Source of the DNA: an archaeon UBA583
GTDB lineage: Archaea; Nanobdellota; Nanobdellia; Woesearchaeales; UBA583
DNA: 64,000 bases
Assembly (NCBI GenBank): GCA_002506365.1
Contig: DAXK01000045.1
Location: 6,301 to 70,300, forward strand
Direction of reading: 5' to 3'
Below, in pieces: positions 20,496 through 32,500 of this stretch (within the stretch, counting starts at the first letter, position 1; every line of letters begins with the position of its first letter). Both the position numbers and the translations under genes were made by a program. The notes under the pieces were generated by a model, which was not told the DNA's origin, did not search any database, and saw nothing but the letters and a program-made list of their open reading frames with translations.

Positions 20496-22958
20496 TTAAA
20501 CAATTAAAATTAAACCAACTAAAATTAATGAAACTAAACCAAACCAAAAATTACTAGCCTCATCTAAAAAATCATCAAATAATACAATTGCTTTTGACCC
20601 ACCAGCACCTTCAACCTTTTGAGGATCAAGCCCAGTAATAAAAACATCTAAAAATTCATAATCTCCAACACCAGAAATATTATAATTAATTGTAATTGAA
20701 TTCTCATCAGTAAAACCTGCTCCAAAATTTAAACTAACATTTTTAACATTAGTTGGAATAATTGCCCATTGATATAACTCTCCATTCAAATTCCCTAAAA
20801 TTGGATTAGAAGACTCATCAGTATTATACCAACCTGAAGTTGATTTCACAATAGAACCATTAAGAACAAAATTAGAAGGAATTAAATCATAAATTGTAAC
20901 AACTGAAGATTTAGGAGTAGATAAACTCCCCTTATTCACAACAACAATATTTACATTATACTTATCCTCTCCAATACTTTTAATAGACTTATTAATATCT
21001 AACCAATACCCTGTAATTAAATTCACACCCCTAACATAAGTTGAAGATAAAGATTCACTACTTTTTGACTTTTGTAACTGAGTTCCATCATCTAATAAAG
21101 TAAAATCCACATCAAACCAAACCATTGGATTCTCAAAACCTGAAAAATTAAAATTCCAATTATTAGAAACCCATGGAGTTGTTAAATCAACAACTGAACT
21201 TAAACTATAATCTTGAACTAAATTAGAATTTGAAATAGAATCATTCTCAATTGTATTAGGATCACTATAAACTCCGCTAACATTTTTTTGAGAAACCCAA
21301 ATTGTAGCCTTATTTAATTCATAAGATAAAGGAGAAGAAGTAAAAAAACTAGAATTAACATTCCAAGTTACATTAGAATTAGTAAAATCAGAATTACTAA
21401 ATCCAACAATTTCCTTTTCCAAACTAATATTAGCATTTGAAATCCCAAAAATATTTTCAACATTAATTCCAGAAAAACTATCTTTTAAAACAAAACTCAA
21501 ACTTGAATTAGAAATATTAAAAATTCCAGAAAACCCTGAACCTGTAGGAAATAAAACATCGTAATTAATCTCAAAATTATCTGATACATTAAAACAATTC
21601 CCATTATTAATATCCCAATCAAAACTATACTCATCTGGTGCAAAAGTTGTAAACCCTGCCCCACTCCCAACAACTGAACCTGAATCAAATTTTACTTTAT
21701 CACCAACATCTCCTGATAAACTAAAACTTCCATAATCTACAGAAACATTATACAAACACCCATCCTGACCTAAATTATTTTCAAAAACATTTGAAATTTT
21801 ATCATTAATATTAATAGAAGTCCCACTCATAACTCTACTATTTGAAGTTGAAGTATTAAATAAAATTGGAAACTTCTTAACAGGATAAATCTCATAACTA
21901 AACTCAGAACTATCTCCAAAATCTAACTCTGGAACAAACAAAGTTACACTTGAATCTGTTCTATTTGTAACATATCCAGTATTTCCTAAACTATTATGTG
22001 GGGTTGAAATAAATTTAGAAGAATTAATAATTACCTCAACATCATAAACTGGTTCACTAGCATGAACATTAGAAATTGTAATTTTTCCTAAATAATCATT
22101 TTCATTTTTTGAATAAATTCTTCTAATTTCCTCTAAACTTAAAGATTTATTATAAATTCTAACTTCATCAATTAACCCATCAAACTCATAATTTTCATCA
22201 TCATCTTTATAACCTCCTATAAATAAATTATATGGTTTTGGAGTATAACTAATATCTCCACTAGTCACATAAGAATCAATCATTTCTCCATCAACATAAA
22301 ACTTAACAATTGAACCATCATAAGTTCCAACAATATGATACCATTGCCCTGTATTTAAAGTATTAGTGCTAGGTTGAGCCCAAGTATTTCCTGGCATTGT
22401 ATCTGTCTTTAAATACATACCAATATAATTTGAACCTCCAACATTACCAAGTGAAAATCCTGACTCACTCCCTCCAGTATCCCAAACCAAACTAACTGCT
22501 CCAGCCCACGCAACAAAATTATTAATATTTATCCAAGCAGATACAGTAATATCTTGTTTAATCTCCAGCCCAGTTGAATTTAAAACTTCCAAATAATCAG
22601 TTACACCATCAAACACATAACAGCCTGAATTTTCATAACACCCCAAACTATTCCAAATAATACCTGTAGATTCATTAAACACATAATTATTAGAAGAATA
22701 ATCATCTTTATTAGAAATATTATTATAATTAAAAGGAAAATACAAAACTAAATTTTCACTATTATAACTATCTGCAAAATTAGAATGTGAAGTTTTAGCA
22801 TTAGAATAATAATCAAAATAATTAGAACTAGAAACCTTCTCATCAAAATCAACTCTAATTGTCTCAGTTGTCGCAGAAAATCCAAAATAAATAAAATTTA
22901 AACTAAAAAATAAAATAAAAATTAAACTTTTAATTTTTTTATTTTTATTTTTTATCAT
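20496..22958 (-). CDS. Secreted surface glycoprotein with LamG domain and C-terminal membrane anchor
   Basis: Signal peptide, LVLYFPFN..FDGVTDY..WYHIVGTYDG..GLIDEVRIY, many N-x-S/T sites and a terminal TM helix. Confidence 0.8.
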   Translation of the reverse strand: MIKNKNKKIKSLIFILFFSLNFIYFGFSATTETIRVDFDEKVSSSNYFDYYSNAKTSHSNFADSYNSENLVLYFPFNYNNISNKDDYSSNNYVFNESTGIIWNSLGCYENSGCYVFDGVTDYLEVLNSTGLEIKQDITVSAWININNFVAWAGAVSLVWDTGGSESGFSLGNVGGSNYIGMYLKTDTMPGNTWAQPSTNTLNTGQWYHIVGTYDGSIVKFYVDGEMIDSYVTSGDISYTPKPYNLFIGGYKDDDENYEFDGLIDEVRIYNKSLSLEEIRRIYSKNENDYLGKITISNVHASEPVYDVEVIINSSKFISTPHNSLGNTGYVTNRTDSSVTLFVPELDFGDSSEFSYEIYPVKKFPILFNTSTSNSRVMSGTSININDKISNVFENNLGQDGCLYNVSVDYGSFSLSGDVGDKVKFDSGSVVGSGAGFTTFAPDEYSFDWDINNGNCFNVSDNFEINYDVLFPTGSGFSGIFNISNSSLSFVLKDSFSGINVENIFGISNANISLEKEIVGFSNSDFTNSNVTWNVNSSFFTSSPLSYELNKATIWVSQKNVSGVYSDPNTIENDSISNSNLVQDYSLSSVVDLTTPWVSNNWNFNFSGFENPMVWFDVDFTLLDDGTQLQKSKSSESLSSTYVRGVNLITGYWLDINKSIKSIGEDKYNVNIVVVNKGSLSTPKSSVVTIYDLIPSNFVLNGSIVKSTSGWYNTDESSNPILGNLNGELYQWAIIPTNVKNVSLNFGAGFTDENSITINYNISGVGDYEFLDVFITGLDPQKVEGAGGSKAIVLFDDFLDEASNFWFGLVSLILVGLILIV

Positions 22959-22992
22959 TTTAATAAATATCCCACCTTTAAACTATATAAAC

Positions 22993-23445
22993 TTAATCCC
23001 AAATTTTACCAAATCCAATATCAAACTTAGCAAAACTAAACTCAATAACATTATACACATAAATTAATCCAAACAAAACAAAAACTTTAGGATTTTCAAA
23101 CAATAAATATCCAAAATAAAAAATTAATATTGTAAAAAAATTATAAAATAACATTCTATGTTGCTTCCAACACCTAGTATTAAACCAAACTAAAAATAAA
23201 AAATAAATAACAAAACATAAATTAACTCCTAAAACAAAAATCCCAAAATTTACTTGTTTATATATTTCATAACTTAAAATTAAACTACTACTAAAAATCA
23301 TAATAATTAAAACGTATAATAAACTCTTAAACCTATAATACATTTTATTATGTGAATCTTTTCTTTTTTTAGAAATTTTAAACCCAACACCTAAACTCAA
23401 TATATACAACACAAAAATTAAAAACAATGTAATATTAAAACTCAT
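22993..23445 (-). CDS. Hypothetical multi-pass membrane protein
   Basis: About five hydrophobic segments. Confidence 0.6.
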   Translation of the reverse strand: MSFNITLFLIFVLYILSLGVGFKISKKRKDSHNKMYYRFKSLLYVLIIMIFSSSLILSYEIYKQVNFGIFVLGVNLCFVIYFLFLVWFNTRCWKQHRMLFYNFFTILIFYFGYLLFENPKVFVLFGLIYVYNVIEFSFAKFDIGFGKIWD

Positions 23446-23579
23446 AATTTAAAATACCAATTTTACAATATAAATAATTATTATAACTATTAAATAATAC
23501 CTAAATAAAAAATCACAATTCAAATTTAACTTTTAAATAAAAACAAATTATTATAAATAACCAAATTCAAATCTAAACT

Positions 23580-23912
23580 ATGAATTTAATTAAAAATTTA
23601 AAAAAGAGAGGTCAAGCTTTACCATTAAATACAATTGTAATCGCAATTTTAGTAATAATTGTATTATTAGTAATTATTGTATTTTTCACAACAGAAGTAG
23701 GTAAAACTGGTGATCAATTATCTGAAAACTCAGCATCTAGTTGTTCAATTTCAAATCCAGCACTAGCAACACTAGGTTACACAGGATTTATCTCAAAAGA
23801 TAAATTTGATCAAACTCCTGGAGATTATAAAAAAGCTGTTGGAGTTTCAGACTGTTATGTAAGTAAAACTCAAACTGATACTTGGACTGCTTCAGCTCCA
23901 ACTACAAATTAA
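23580..23912 (+). CDS. Small pilin-like protein (class III signal peptide), second family
   Basis: KKRG|QALPLNTIVIAILVIIVLLVIIVFF. Confidence 0.8.
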   Translation: MNLIKNLKKRGQALPLNTIVIAILVIIVLLVIIVFFTTEVGKTGDQLSENSASSCSISNPALATLGYTGFISKDKFDQTPGDYKKAVGVSDCYVSKTQTDTWTASAPTTN

Positions 23913-24036
23913 TTAATTAAAACTAATTAATTTTTTATAATTAAAACTAATTTTTCACACTATCAAATTTTAAACTTATTTTTTACTTCTAAAACTAAAA
24001 CTTAAACTTTAAAAACTAAAATAAATAAATCTCAAT

Positions 24037-24342
24037 ATGAAATTACTAACAAATTTTAGAAAAAACGCTCAAGCATTACCATTAAACACAATTGTAATTG
24101 CTATTTTAGTAATCATTGTATTATTAGTAATCATTGTATTCTTTACAACAGAAGTAGGAAAAACTGGAGAACAACTTTCAGAAAACTCAGCATCAAGTTG
24201 CTCACTATCAAATCCAGCACTAGCAACATTATATGACTCAATTCAACCTGTAGCTGAAGGTCAAACATGTGAAGATGCTGGTTGGGTCGACCACAAACTA
24301 GCTGGAATTGTTCCTGATTGTTGTGTAAAAAAACAAAATTAA
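24037..24342 (+). CDS. Small pilin-like protein, tandem paralogue
   Basis: RKNA|QALPLNTIV...; 52/54 aa identical to 23580, then an unrelated Cys-rich tail. Confidence 0.8.
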   Translation: MKLLTNFRKNAQALPLNTIVIAILVIIVLLVIIVFFTTEVGKTGEQLSENSASSCSLSNPALATLYDSIQPVAEGQTCEDAGWVDHKLAGIVPDCCVKKQN

Positions 24343-24405
24343 ATAATTAAAATAATAATTAAATTATTTTTTTTAATAAAAAATAAAATTAAATAAAAAC
24401 TAATT

Positions 24406-25053
24406 CTAATGTAAAATAATTTTAGGTTTATTCATATCCTCAATAATTTGAGCACTTCTCTCATCTGGTGAAACAACTTCAGACTTATAATCTCCACATG
24501 GTTTTAATTCATTTTTAGAAGGTAAATAATCTGTTGAAATTTTTTCCAATATATACTCTTGAGCCATCATAAAATCAGAACTATCATACCTTGGTTCATT
24601 ATTAATTAAAAATTGCTCCAACTGACCACAACTTTCTAAAAAAGGTTTAAAATTAGAATTTAATTTTAAATTTAATAATTCCAAACTATTAGCATAAATA
24701 ATTGCTTGACTTGAAAATCCATAAGACTTCAAATCTTGATACATAACCAAAGATCCATCATTTTGTAATTGATTATAATAATTAATATCTAATAAAAAAT
24801 CCAAACTATCATGTAAAAAATCAGAAATATCTTCATCTTCAACATTTTTAACTAAAGTATAAACCTTTTTATTTAATTCAAAAAAAGTATACATTGGTTC
24901 AACCCCTCCCAAAGAAGATTTATAATTTTGTAAACTAATCTGAGCGTTAGAACCTAATTCTTTTTGAAAAACTTTCTCAACCTCACTAAAAATAGAATCA
25001 ACTTCTAAAGTATCTAAAATTTCTGGATATTCATTTTCATTATCACTTACCAT
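24406..25053 (-). CDS. Hypothetical protein
   Basis: 215-aa acidic ORF. Confidence 0.6.
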   Translation of the reverse strand: MVSDNENEYPEILDTLEVDSIFSEVEKVFQKELGSNAQISLQNYKSSLGGVEPMYTFFELNKKVYTLVKNVEDEDISDFLHDSLDFLLDINYYNQLQNDGSLVMYQDLKSYGFSSQAIIYANSLELLNLKLNSNFKPFLESCGQLEQFLINNEPRYDSSDFMMAQEYILEKISTDYLPSKNELKPCGDYKSEVVSPDERSAQIIEDMNKPKIILH

Positions 25054-25111
25054 TATAACTACTTATAAATTACATCATTTAAAAAGTTTTTGAAAATAAA
25101 ATAAAAATAAT

Positions 25112-26122
25112 TTAGAAAAACGCATCTAGCGTTTTAACATTCTTAATCCCATTCAAACTTCTATCAATCATCATAAGTTCAAAATCGTGTGCTTGTAAAA
25201 TTTCTCGAATACTATCCTTATTAATAGTTTTAAACTCAACTTCAACATTCTCCGTTTTCATTTGTTTAAAAACATTAAAAACCTCAACCCAAGTATGTGA
25301 AAATGTATCATGCCATTTTAAATTTGTAAAAATTTCATCCCACCTATCCTTATACTCTCGAACTAACTTTAAAGCTTTCTTAGGTCCAATTCCCTTAATT
25401 CCGCCAGGATTAAAATCAGTCCCACACAAAATTGCAACAATAATTAATTCATCTAAACTAATCTGTAACTTATCTAAAACTTTATCTAACTCATAAAACT
25501 CAATTGGCACATCTCTATAAACAGAACTCCCTGGAACCTTTCTTTTATTTGAAACAGACAAATTTCTAATTAAATACTTTGTTCCAAACAATAAACTATC
25601 AAAATCTTGAGAACACGCTGCAAAAACTTTTCCCTCATTACATAATCTTCCTGCTTGAGCTTCTCCCTCTGAAGGTGCTTGAACTACAGGAAACCCAAAA
25701 GCCTCAATTAAAGCAATAGAATCTTTAACCATCTCAGGAGTTAACCTATTTAAAGCTTGAGCATGCTTTTTAGCCTCAACTAAATCATCATTATCAATAG
25801 CTGCTTGATACTTTAACTTTGCATCTTCCTTTTTCTTTTGCCGAATTTCTCTCTCAGCTTCCTTTAACTTAGGCGCCTCACCATCAAAAACAAAAACAGC
25901 TTTAATATTATTTTTCTTAAAATAAACACACCTATTAAATAACCCTTTCAAATGAGAAGTAACATTTCCCTTTGAATCTGTAAGTGATGTTCCATCCGCT
26001 TGTCTAATTGAAGCTAAAAACTGATAAATCATATTAAAACTATCAATAGCAATTTTCTTATTTGAAATTGAACTTAACTCAATTTGCTCATACTCTAAAA
26101 TATCTTTTAACGCAACTCCCAT
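25112..26122 (-). CDS. fen: Flap endonuclease 1
   Basis: MGV start, YQFLASIRQADG, VFVFDG, QAPSEGEAQ, SQDFDSLLFG, H3TH GTDFNPGGIKGIGPK and C-terminal PIP-like KTLDAFF. Confidence 0.97.
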   Translation of the reverse strand: MGVALKDILEYEQIELSSISNKKIAIDSFNMIYQFLASIRQADGTSLTDSKGNVTSHLKGLFNRCVYFKKNNIKAVFVFDGEAPKLKEAEREIRQKKKEDAKLKYQAAIDNDDLVEAKKHAQALNRLTPEMVKDSIALIEAFGFPVVQAPSEGEAQAGRLCNEGKVFAACSQDFDSLLFGTKYLIRNLSVSNKRKVPGSSVYRDVPIEFYELDKVLDKLQISLDELIIVAILCGTDFNPGGIKGIGPKKALKLVREYKDRWDEIFTNLKWHDTFSHTWVEVFNVFKQMKTENVEVEFKTINKDSIREILQAHDFELMMIDRSLNGIKNVKTLDAFF

Positions 26123-26187
26123 AAATCTAATAAAAAAATAAGATTTAGAACTTATAAACTTTGTGAAATTTATAAATAAAATCCACT

Positions 26188-26676
26188 CTATTTAATAAAT
26201 TCATTAACACTAACAATAGTTTTAATAGAATTTAAATAAAAAATATAACTAGTAGCAACACCTTGAAACTTAGAAATTTGACTCTTTGTCATATAAACTT
26301 CAGGTTTATCAATTAAATTTATAGTATCCTTATAAGAATTAATAATTGTATTCAAATCCGCAATCACAAGACTTGAATGATCCTCTAAACCATTATATCT
26401 TAAATTCATTGAATCTATTGCGCAAATAGTTAATTCACGAATACTATCATTCTCAATACTTGAAACATTATCTAACACTCTCTGATAATTTTCAGATAAC
26501 TCCATAGCATTATCAAAATAAAAATCACTCATATTCCTTGAAAGTTCCTTTAAACTTTTAATAATATTATACTCATTCCCACTTGTATTTTTTAACTGAG
26601 CTGAATAATTTCCAAACAAATTCAATATATTCTCAAGCCCATTCACATTTTGTGTATAGGTATCCATCACTAACAT
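26188..26676 (-). CDS. Hypothetical protein
   Basis: 162-aa ORF. Confidence 0.55.
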   Translation of the reverse strand: MLVMDTYTQNVNGLENILNLFGNYSAQLKNTSGNEYNIIKSLKELSRNMSDFYFDNAMELSENYQRVLDNVSSIENDSIRELTICAIDSMNLRYNGLEDHSSLVIADLNTIINSYKDTINLIDKPEVYMTKSQISKFQGVATSYIFYLNSIKTIVSVNEFIK

Positions 26677-26901
26677 ATAGAATTCTAACTACTTAAATTT
26701 AAGGTTTAAAATTCACACTTTTTATTTTCAAAAATAAACTAATTTAACAACTTATTTTCAAATTTTAATCAAATATAAGAAAAATTAATAAATTCAAAAA
26801 GCCAATATGAATACCATACAAGGCAGTTTAAAATTTTAACTTGTGATTTGTTGTCACTCAAAATAAAAAACTTTATAAACAACAAATACTAGAATAAATC
26901 T

Positions 26902-27525
26902 ATGGAAGAATTCAAAGAATCTACAAGACGCGCATTTAAACAATGTCGAGGCGACATAGATTCTTTGAAAATTGAAAATCAACTACTAAAAGAAAAATTA
27001 GATTCTCTTAGTTCAACAAATTCTAATTTACAAAATACAATTACAGATTTAAATGCTGAAATGAAAGGAATTAAAATTGCCTTAGACTATATTAAATCTT
27101 TTAACGAGAACTCAAATTCACAACTTCAAAACCAACAAAATACTCAACCTCACCAAACTCCAACCCAAATTCCTCAACAAGTAATTCAACAACAACCAGC
27201 TCAACAAAACTACCAAAGTATTCCTGATGCTCACATCCCGCAACCTCCAGCAGACCCATACGAAGCATTACTAGCATTTAAAGCTAAATCAAATAAAAGA
27301 GAAGTTTTAAAACAAAAATTAGTAAGTATGATTGGAGATAATGGAATGAATTTATCAGAACTAAAATTTATGTTTGTTGACCATCAAAGATTTGTATCAA
27401 AAGCAACTTTTTATAATTACTTAAAAGAATTAGAAGCAAACGGAACAATCACTCAAGAAAGAGTAAACGGTAAAGCTCATGTATTTGTATCACAAATGCT
27501 CACAGATGAATTAAATAGTAGATAA
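26902..27525 (+). CDS. Coiled-coil protein with C-terminal winged helix-turn-helix
   Basis: Heptad N-terminus, Q/P-rich linker, LSELK...VSKATFYNYLKELEANG.I wHTH pattern. TATA at 26872. Confidence 0.65.
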   Translation: MEEFKESTRRAFKQCRGDIDSLKIENQLLKEKLDSLSSTNSNLQNTITDLNAEMKGIKIALDYIKSFNENSNSQLQNQQNTQPHQTPTQIPQQVIQQQPAQQNYQSIPDAHIPQPPADPYEALLAFKAKSNKREVLKQKLVSMIGDNGMNLSELKFMFVDHQRFVSKATFYNYLKELEANGTITQERVNGKAHVFVSQMLTDELNSR

Positions 27526-28191
27526 ATGAACAAAGAAGACGATTTTAAAACAACTGAAAACAATAATAATCAAACAGAAGATAATAATATTTCTAAAAAT
27601 AATAAATTAGGTATTTTACTTAAATTTGGAGCAATTTCTGCAGTTCCACCATTATTAGGACATTATATAAGAAAAAAAAATGGTGATATTAATAATTGGC
27701 TAGTAGGATTAGGAGTAATCACATCACTTACTGGTTCAATATATCAAAACCAAGAATTATTTCAAACACAAGAAGATTCATACTTAACAAAAATTGAATA
27801 TCCAACCAAAAATTCAGGATTAGAACAATACTTAATATCAAGAAATGAAACAGAACTTGAAATATTTCAAAAAAACAACCCAACAATAACTCAACACAAA
27901 ACACAATCATTTGGAGAATTTTCATACAGCATAGGACACACACTAACAAATTTAATAACTCCAATCCCACTATCAAAACTAGTAAACAAAATTCAAGGTA
28001 ACTCACCAACTAACATTCATGAATTTGTTGGAAACTTTTCATACGATGTAATTAATTCAAATTATTCAGTAAATAAAAAAAGAAAAGGAATTGGTAACTG
28101 TAATTATGTAATAAATGGAGATAAAATAACATTTAATAATTCACCAAAAGAAAAAATAAACTGCAAACAAGCATACAATAAATTAAAATAA
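27526..28191 (+). CDS. Hypothetical membrane-associated protein
   Basis: Abuts the previous stop. Two short hydrophobic segments near the N-terminus. Confidence 0.55.
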   Translation: MNKEDDFKTTENNNNQTEDNNISKNNKLGILLKFGAISAVPPLLGHYIRKKNGDINNWLVGLGVITSLTGSIYQNQELFQTQEDSYLTKIEYPTKNSGLEQYLISRNETELEIFQKNNPTITQHKTQSFGEFSYSIGHTLTNLITPIPLSKLVNKIQGNSPTNIHEFVGNFSYDVINSNYSVNKKRKGIGNCNYVINGDKITFNNSPKEKINCKQAYNKLK

Positions 28192-28269
28192 TAATTTTCT
28201 ATCTAAACTTAAATAAAAAATAACAAAAATAACAATATAAAAAAATAAATAATTAAACTAATTATTTAT

Positions 28270-28806
28270 CTATTTATTAGAAACTAACTTTAATTGATTC
28301 TCTAACTTTTTATCAGACATATTCGGATCCCAAGCCCCAACCATTGATTTTTCAATTTGTAAAACTGGTTGCCCTAAAATTTGTTTATATTGATTAATTA
28401 AATCAAAAGCCTTCTCACTTGGAACTTGTCTATATGGTCTTTTCATATATTCAAACTTTTCATAATGCTCATCATCATAACTTCCAATAACATCATAATC
28501 AATTAAACCTAATCTAAATTTTTGATTATTTGATTTTTCCCCACAAGTTAACCAACTAGTATTTGTAGGCTTATTCACATAAATATCAGAAATCTCTTTA
28601 ATAATAGGTTTTAACTCTCTAACAACTCTATAAATATTATCTGAATTCTTCCCAAACTCTAATTCATTTGGAATTAAAACAGGAGCTAAAATTTTCCAAT
28701 TTTCAGGTTCCATTACATACTGAGCTAAAAATAAATCAGCAGAATTCTTTTTAACATATTCAATATATCCGCTATGACTACTTCTCTCTAAAAACTCTTC
28801 TAACAT
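28270..28806 (-). CDS. Hypothetical protein
   Basis: Start moved to MLEEFL, 22 nt from tttataaa at 28828-28835. Confidence 0.6.
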   Translation of the reverse strand: MLEEFLERSSHSGYIEYVKKNSADLFLAQYVMEPENWKILAPVLIPNELEFGKNSDNIYRVVRELKPIIKEISDIYVNKPTNTSWLTCGEKSNNQKFRLGLIDYDVIGSYDDEHYEKFEYMKRPYRQVPSEKAFDLINQYKQILGQPVLQIEKSMVGAWDPNMSDKKLENQLKLVSNK

Positions 28807-28851
28807 AATACTCCAAAGTAGTAACAATTTATAAACACATAGTATAAAAAA

Positions 28852-29523
28852 TTAAAGCTTAACTTCACTCAATACTCTACTCTCAAAATTAAACTCAAAT
28901 ACTTTAAAAGTTTCAGCTAAATTAATAACTTTAGTTTTATTCACAATCTCCTCTAAACCTGAAGTTTCATGAATATGACCAACAAAACACACATCTGGAC
29001 AAAACTCATCACTTTGTAAAAATTGACTTAACGGTTCAGACCCAGTAACAAAATGATAAGGACTTGCATCACCAAGCATTGTATCACAAGCAGGAATATG
29101 ATTCATTTGAATTTTAAATCTACAATTTGAAACCAAACTAAAATTATCCACCATATTATCAAAAACATCCTCCTCAAACCTCCCATTTTGCCCAATTTCC
29201 ATATAATTAGTTCCAAAAATAGCTAGTTCATTATCTCCAAAAATCAAAGGATTATTTCCAATTAACTTCACATTATAAAATTCCTTTAAATTATTAATAC
29301 CATTTCTAGTTTCATGATTACCTGGAATCATAAAAATCTCCTTATTATTATCAATAAACGGTTTCAAAACTTTAGCAAAATCATTTGGAACATTAGACAA
29401 ATCTCCATTAAACAAAATAAAATCGATATCTGAAAAATCTACAGATTTTGAAATTCTATTCACTAACTCTAAATTACTATGTAAATCAGAACAAGCTACA
29501 AATTTAATGGTTTTTTTATTCAT
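28852..29523 (-). CDS. Calcineurin-like metallophosphoesterase (Icc-related)
   Basis: SDLH, GDL, PGNHE, NHIP and GHIHE motifs. Confidence 0.9.
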   Translation of the reverse strand: MNKKTIKFVACSDLHSNLELVNRISKSVDFSDIDFILFNGDLSNVPNDFAKVLKPFIDNNKEIFMIPGNHETRNGINNLKEFYNVKLIGNNPLIFGDNELAIFGTNYMEIGQNGRFEEDVFDNMVDNFSLVSNCRFKIQMNHIPACDTMLGDASPYHFVTGSEPLSQFLQSDEFCPDVCFVGHIHETSGLEEIVNKTKVINLAETFKVFEFNFESRVLSEVKL

Positions 29524-29562
29524 AAAATAATAAATAATTTTTAATTTATAAAAATACTTAAT

Positions 29563-32500
29563 TTATTTTTCTTTATTTGTTGAAAATTCTTTCTCAATAA
29601 CTTCATCAATCATAGTATAAAATTCTTTCTTATTACAATTATATAACTCATTTTTAATAATAGTTCTAGATTTTCCAATTTTAATTGAATCCGCTACATA
29701 TTTTTTAAAAATTCTATGATTTGCTCTAGACTCCTCACTATTTAAATAATTTTTTCTAACAACAATAATTCTAACAAACACAACAAAAGCTAAAACAAAA
29801 ACTCCAGCTAAAACATAAATCATAACTCTAGAATCCTCCTCAACTACTTCACTCTCATAACTTTCATTTAAAATTTCTTGATTTGTAAGATTTATATCTT
29901 CAACTTTTAAATCCTCGCCCTTTACCTTATCTGTAATTTCATCTGACATTGTTTTAAAATTTTTAATTTTTAAATCATCATTTTCAGTTTTAACTTTTTT
30001 AACAACTTCAATATCATCATTTTCAGTTTCAACTATTTCTACAATCTCTTCAACATCTTCTACATCCTCCTCATTACTTGAAACCATAAAAGAATCAGCT
30101 TCAATAACCGCACTACTTTTAAGTCCTGAAATTTTATAATAACCTGAACTCAAACTACAATAAAAACCAGAATAAAGTTTATTATCACACTTAAAATAAT
30201 ACTCATTACTTCCCAAACAATTCTTTGAAAAAGAACTAATAGAAGAAATTTCAGTATTTTTTACACAAACATAATCCAAATCTAGATTATTCTTCAAATA
30301 AACTGTCTTATCAAGCCCTAAACTTGAAAATCCCTTTAAAATAATACTTGACCTATCAGTAAAATCATATTTAATTTCAATATCAGATAAATCTAACTCC
30401 TCATCTGAAAAATCATAGCCAAACTCAACTAACTTTAAACTTCCATCTAAAATTAAAACATCCTCTTTTCTTGAAAACTTTGAACTTGAACTTATAGAAT
30501 CCCCATCAACTTTATAATTAAATTTATTATCTTCATCCTTAACTAATCCAAATTCATCTTCTGAAGTAGAACTAGAGCTCCCACCTCCCCCACCTCCCCC
30601 TGAACTTCCACTACTTGATGAACTACAACTTTGAACTAAACTCTCACGAGTATAACTAGTTCCACAAGAATTTAAATCTACAGCAACCCTACTTTGAGAA
30701 CTAGAACTACAAGTTCCCCAACTTCCATAACTCCAATCCTCAGTGCACATTTGAGAAACTCCTGAATGACTCAAACCAGAAATTTTAACCGTTGAATTAC
30801 TCAAATCAGTATAACTAACATTATAACCATTCACAACTTTAGGAATAACATCAACAAAAGTTTCATTATCCCCATCACACAAATCAGAAATTTCATCTAA
30901 ACTTCCAACCTCTAAATCCTTCAAACACAAACTATGTGCCTTAGAAATATTTCCATATAAATCTAAATAAATTGTCTTAGTATTTCCACTCTCTAACTCT
31001 AACCCACTAACAAAAAATTTACTCTTATTACTCTTAACTTCACTTTTAATAATTACCTTTGTAAAATCAATACTTAAATTAGAAAAATTATAAGAAAACT
31101 CAACTAACTTATCAGAATTATTACTAAAACTTACATTTAAAACTTCATCAAAAACCTTACTTAAATTACTGGATAAATTAATAGAAATATTCAAATTACT
31201 AAAACTAGAATCAACATTAGACTCATCCCCAACAACATTATCAACTAAATCACTAACTCCATCATTATCAAAATCAGTAGCATTTCCTCCTAAATTCAAA
31301 CTAAAATTCACAAATAACTCATAAATATCGAAAATTCCTAAATCATCAGTAAAATTAAAACTAATAACTTGACTTGTATAATTAAAAATTGTTAAATTTG
31401 TAACTAACTTATTATTAACAACTAAATCAGTAATATCAATTTTTTTTGATCCAACATTATAAATTAAACTTGAAACATTTTTATTAAAACTTGCATTAAT
31501 AAAAAAATTTAATTTAGAAACATTTACAACTGTATTATTTAAAGGACTATAAATAACTAATTTAGGTAATAAATTAAAAGTAAAATTAATCACTTTACTT
31601 GATTTAATTCCATAAATATCTGTCACATTAAATAAAATACTTTGATTAACAACATCAGTTAAATTTAAACTAATATTTAACCAATTATCACTCAAACTAC
31701 TTGATAAATCTACATAATTTGTTCCATTAAAATAAAATACTTCTGAAATATTTTTACTAAAATTTAAACTAAAATTATACCATAAATCATAATTAGTTAC
31801 AACTGAATCAAAAACAGGACTAACAAAATTAATTCTAGGCTCATTAACTGTAAAATAAACTTTATCAGAACTAAAGATTTTACCATTAATTGAATCATTC
31901 ATAAATACAATAGCTGAATAATTTCCAAATGTTGAAAAGTCATAACTATAATTAAAATAAGTTAAATTCACTTTATTCATAGAATAATTTGTAATACCAT
32001 TATCAAAACTAATCCAGGCACTATCAGAATTATTACTTGAACTTACATTAAAACCTACTATTGGATTATCTAAATTACTCAAATTAATTGGATTGTCTAA
32101 ATTAATACTAACATCTTCAAATAAAGAATTAGTGGAAATCACATATGAGAATGGTTGGGGACCATTTGGCACATTACTTCCCTTAATTTTTAAACTATAA
32201 TTCCCACTATCTGATAACTTAATTCTAATTCCCTCAACATTATTTAATAAATCAACTGAATCATTAAACGGATAACTAAAATCATTTCCAAAATACTCAG
32301 TCCCATCTGGAGAAATTAAAACTAAATCTAAATTATTAACTAATTTATTTCCAGCCCCAACTGAACTAGGATAATCAGTCCAAACCAAAGAAACTCGAAA
32401 TTCTAAACTAGATTTATTAATTGTAAAGTTATATTCATATTCTTGAGAAGTTGAAAGCCCCGAACTAATTTCAAATAATTCTAAACTATTTTTATTATCC

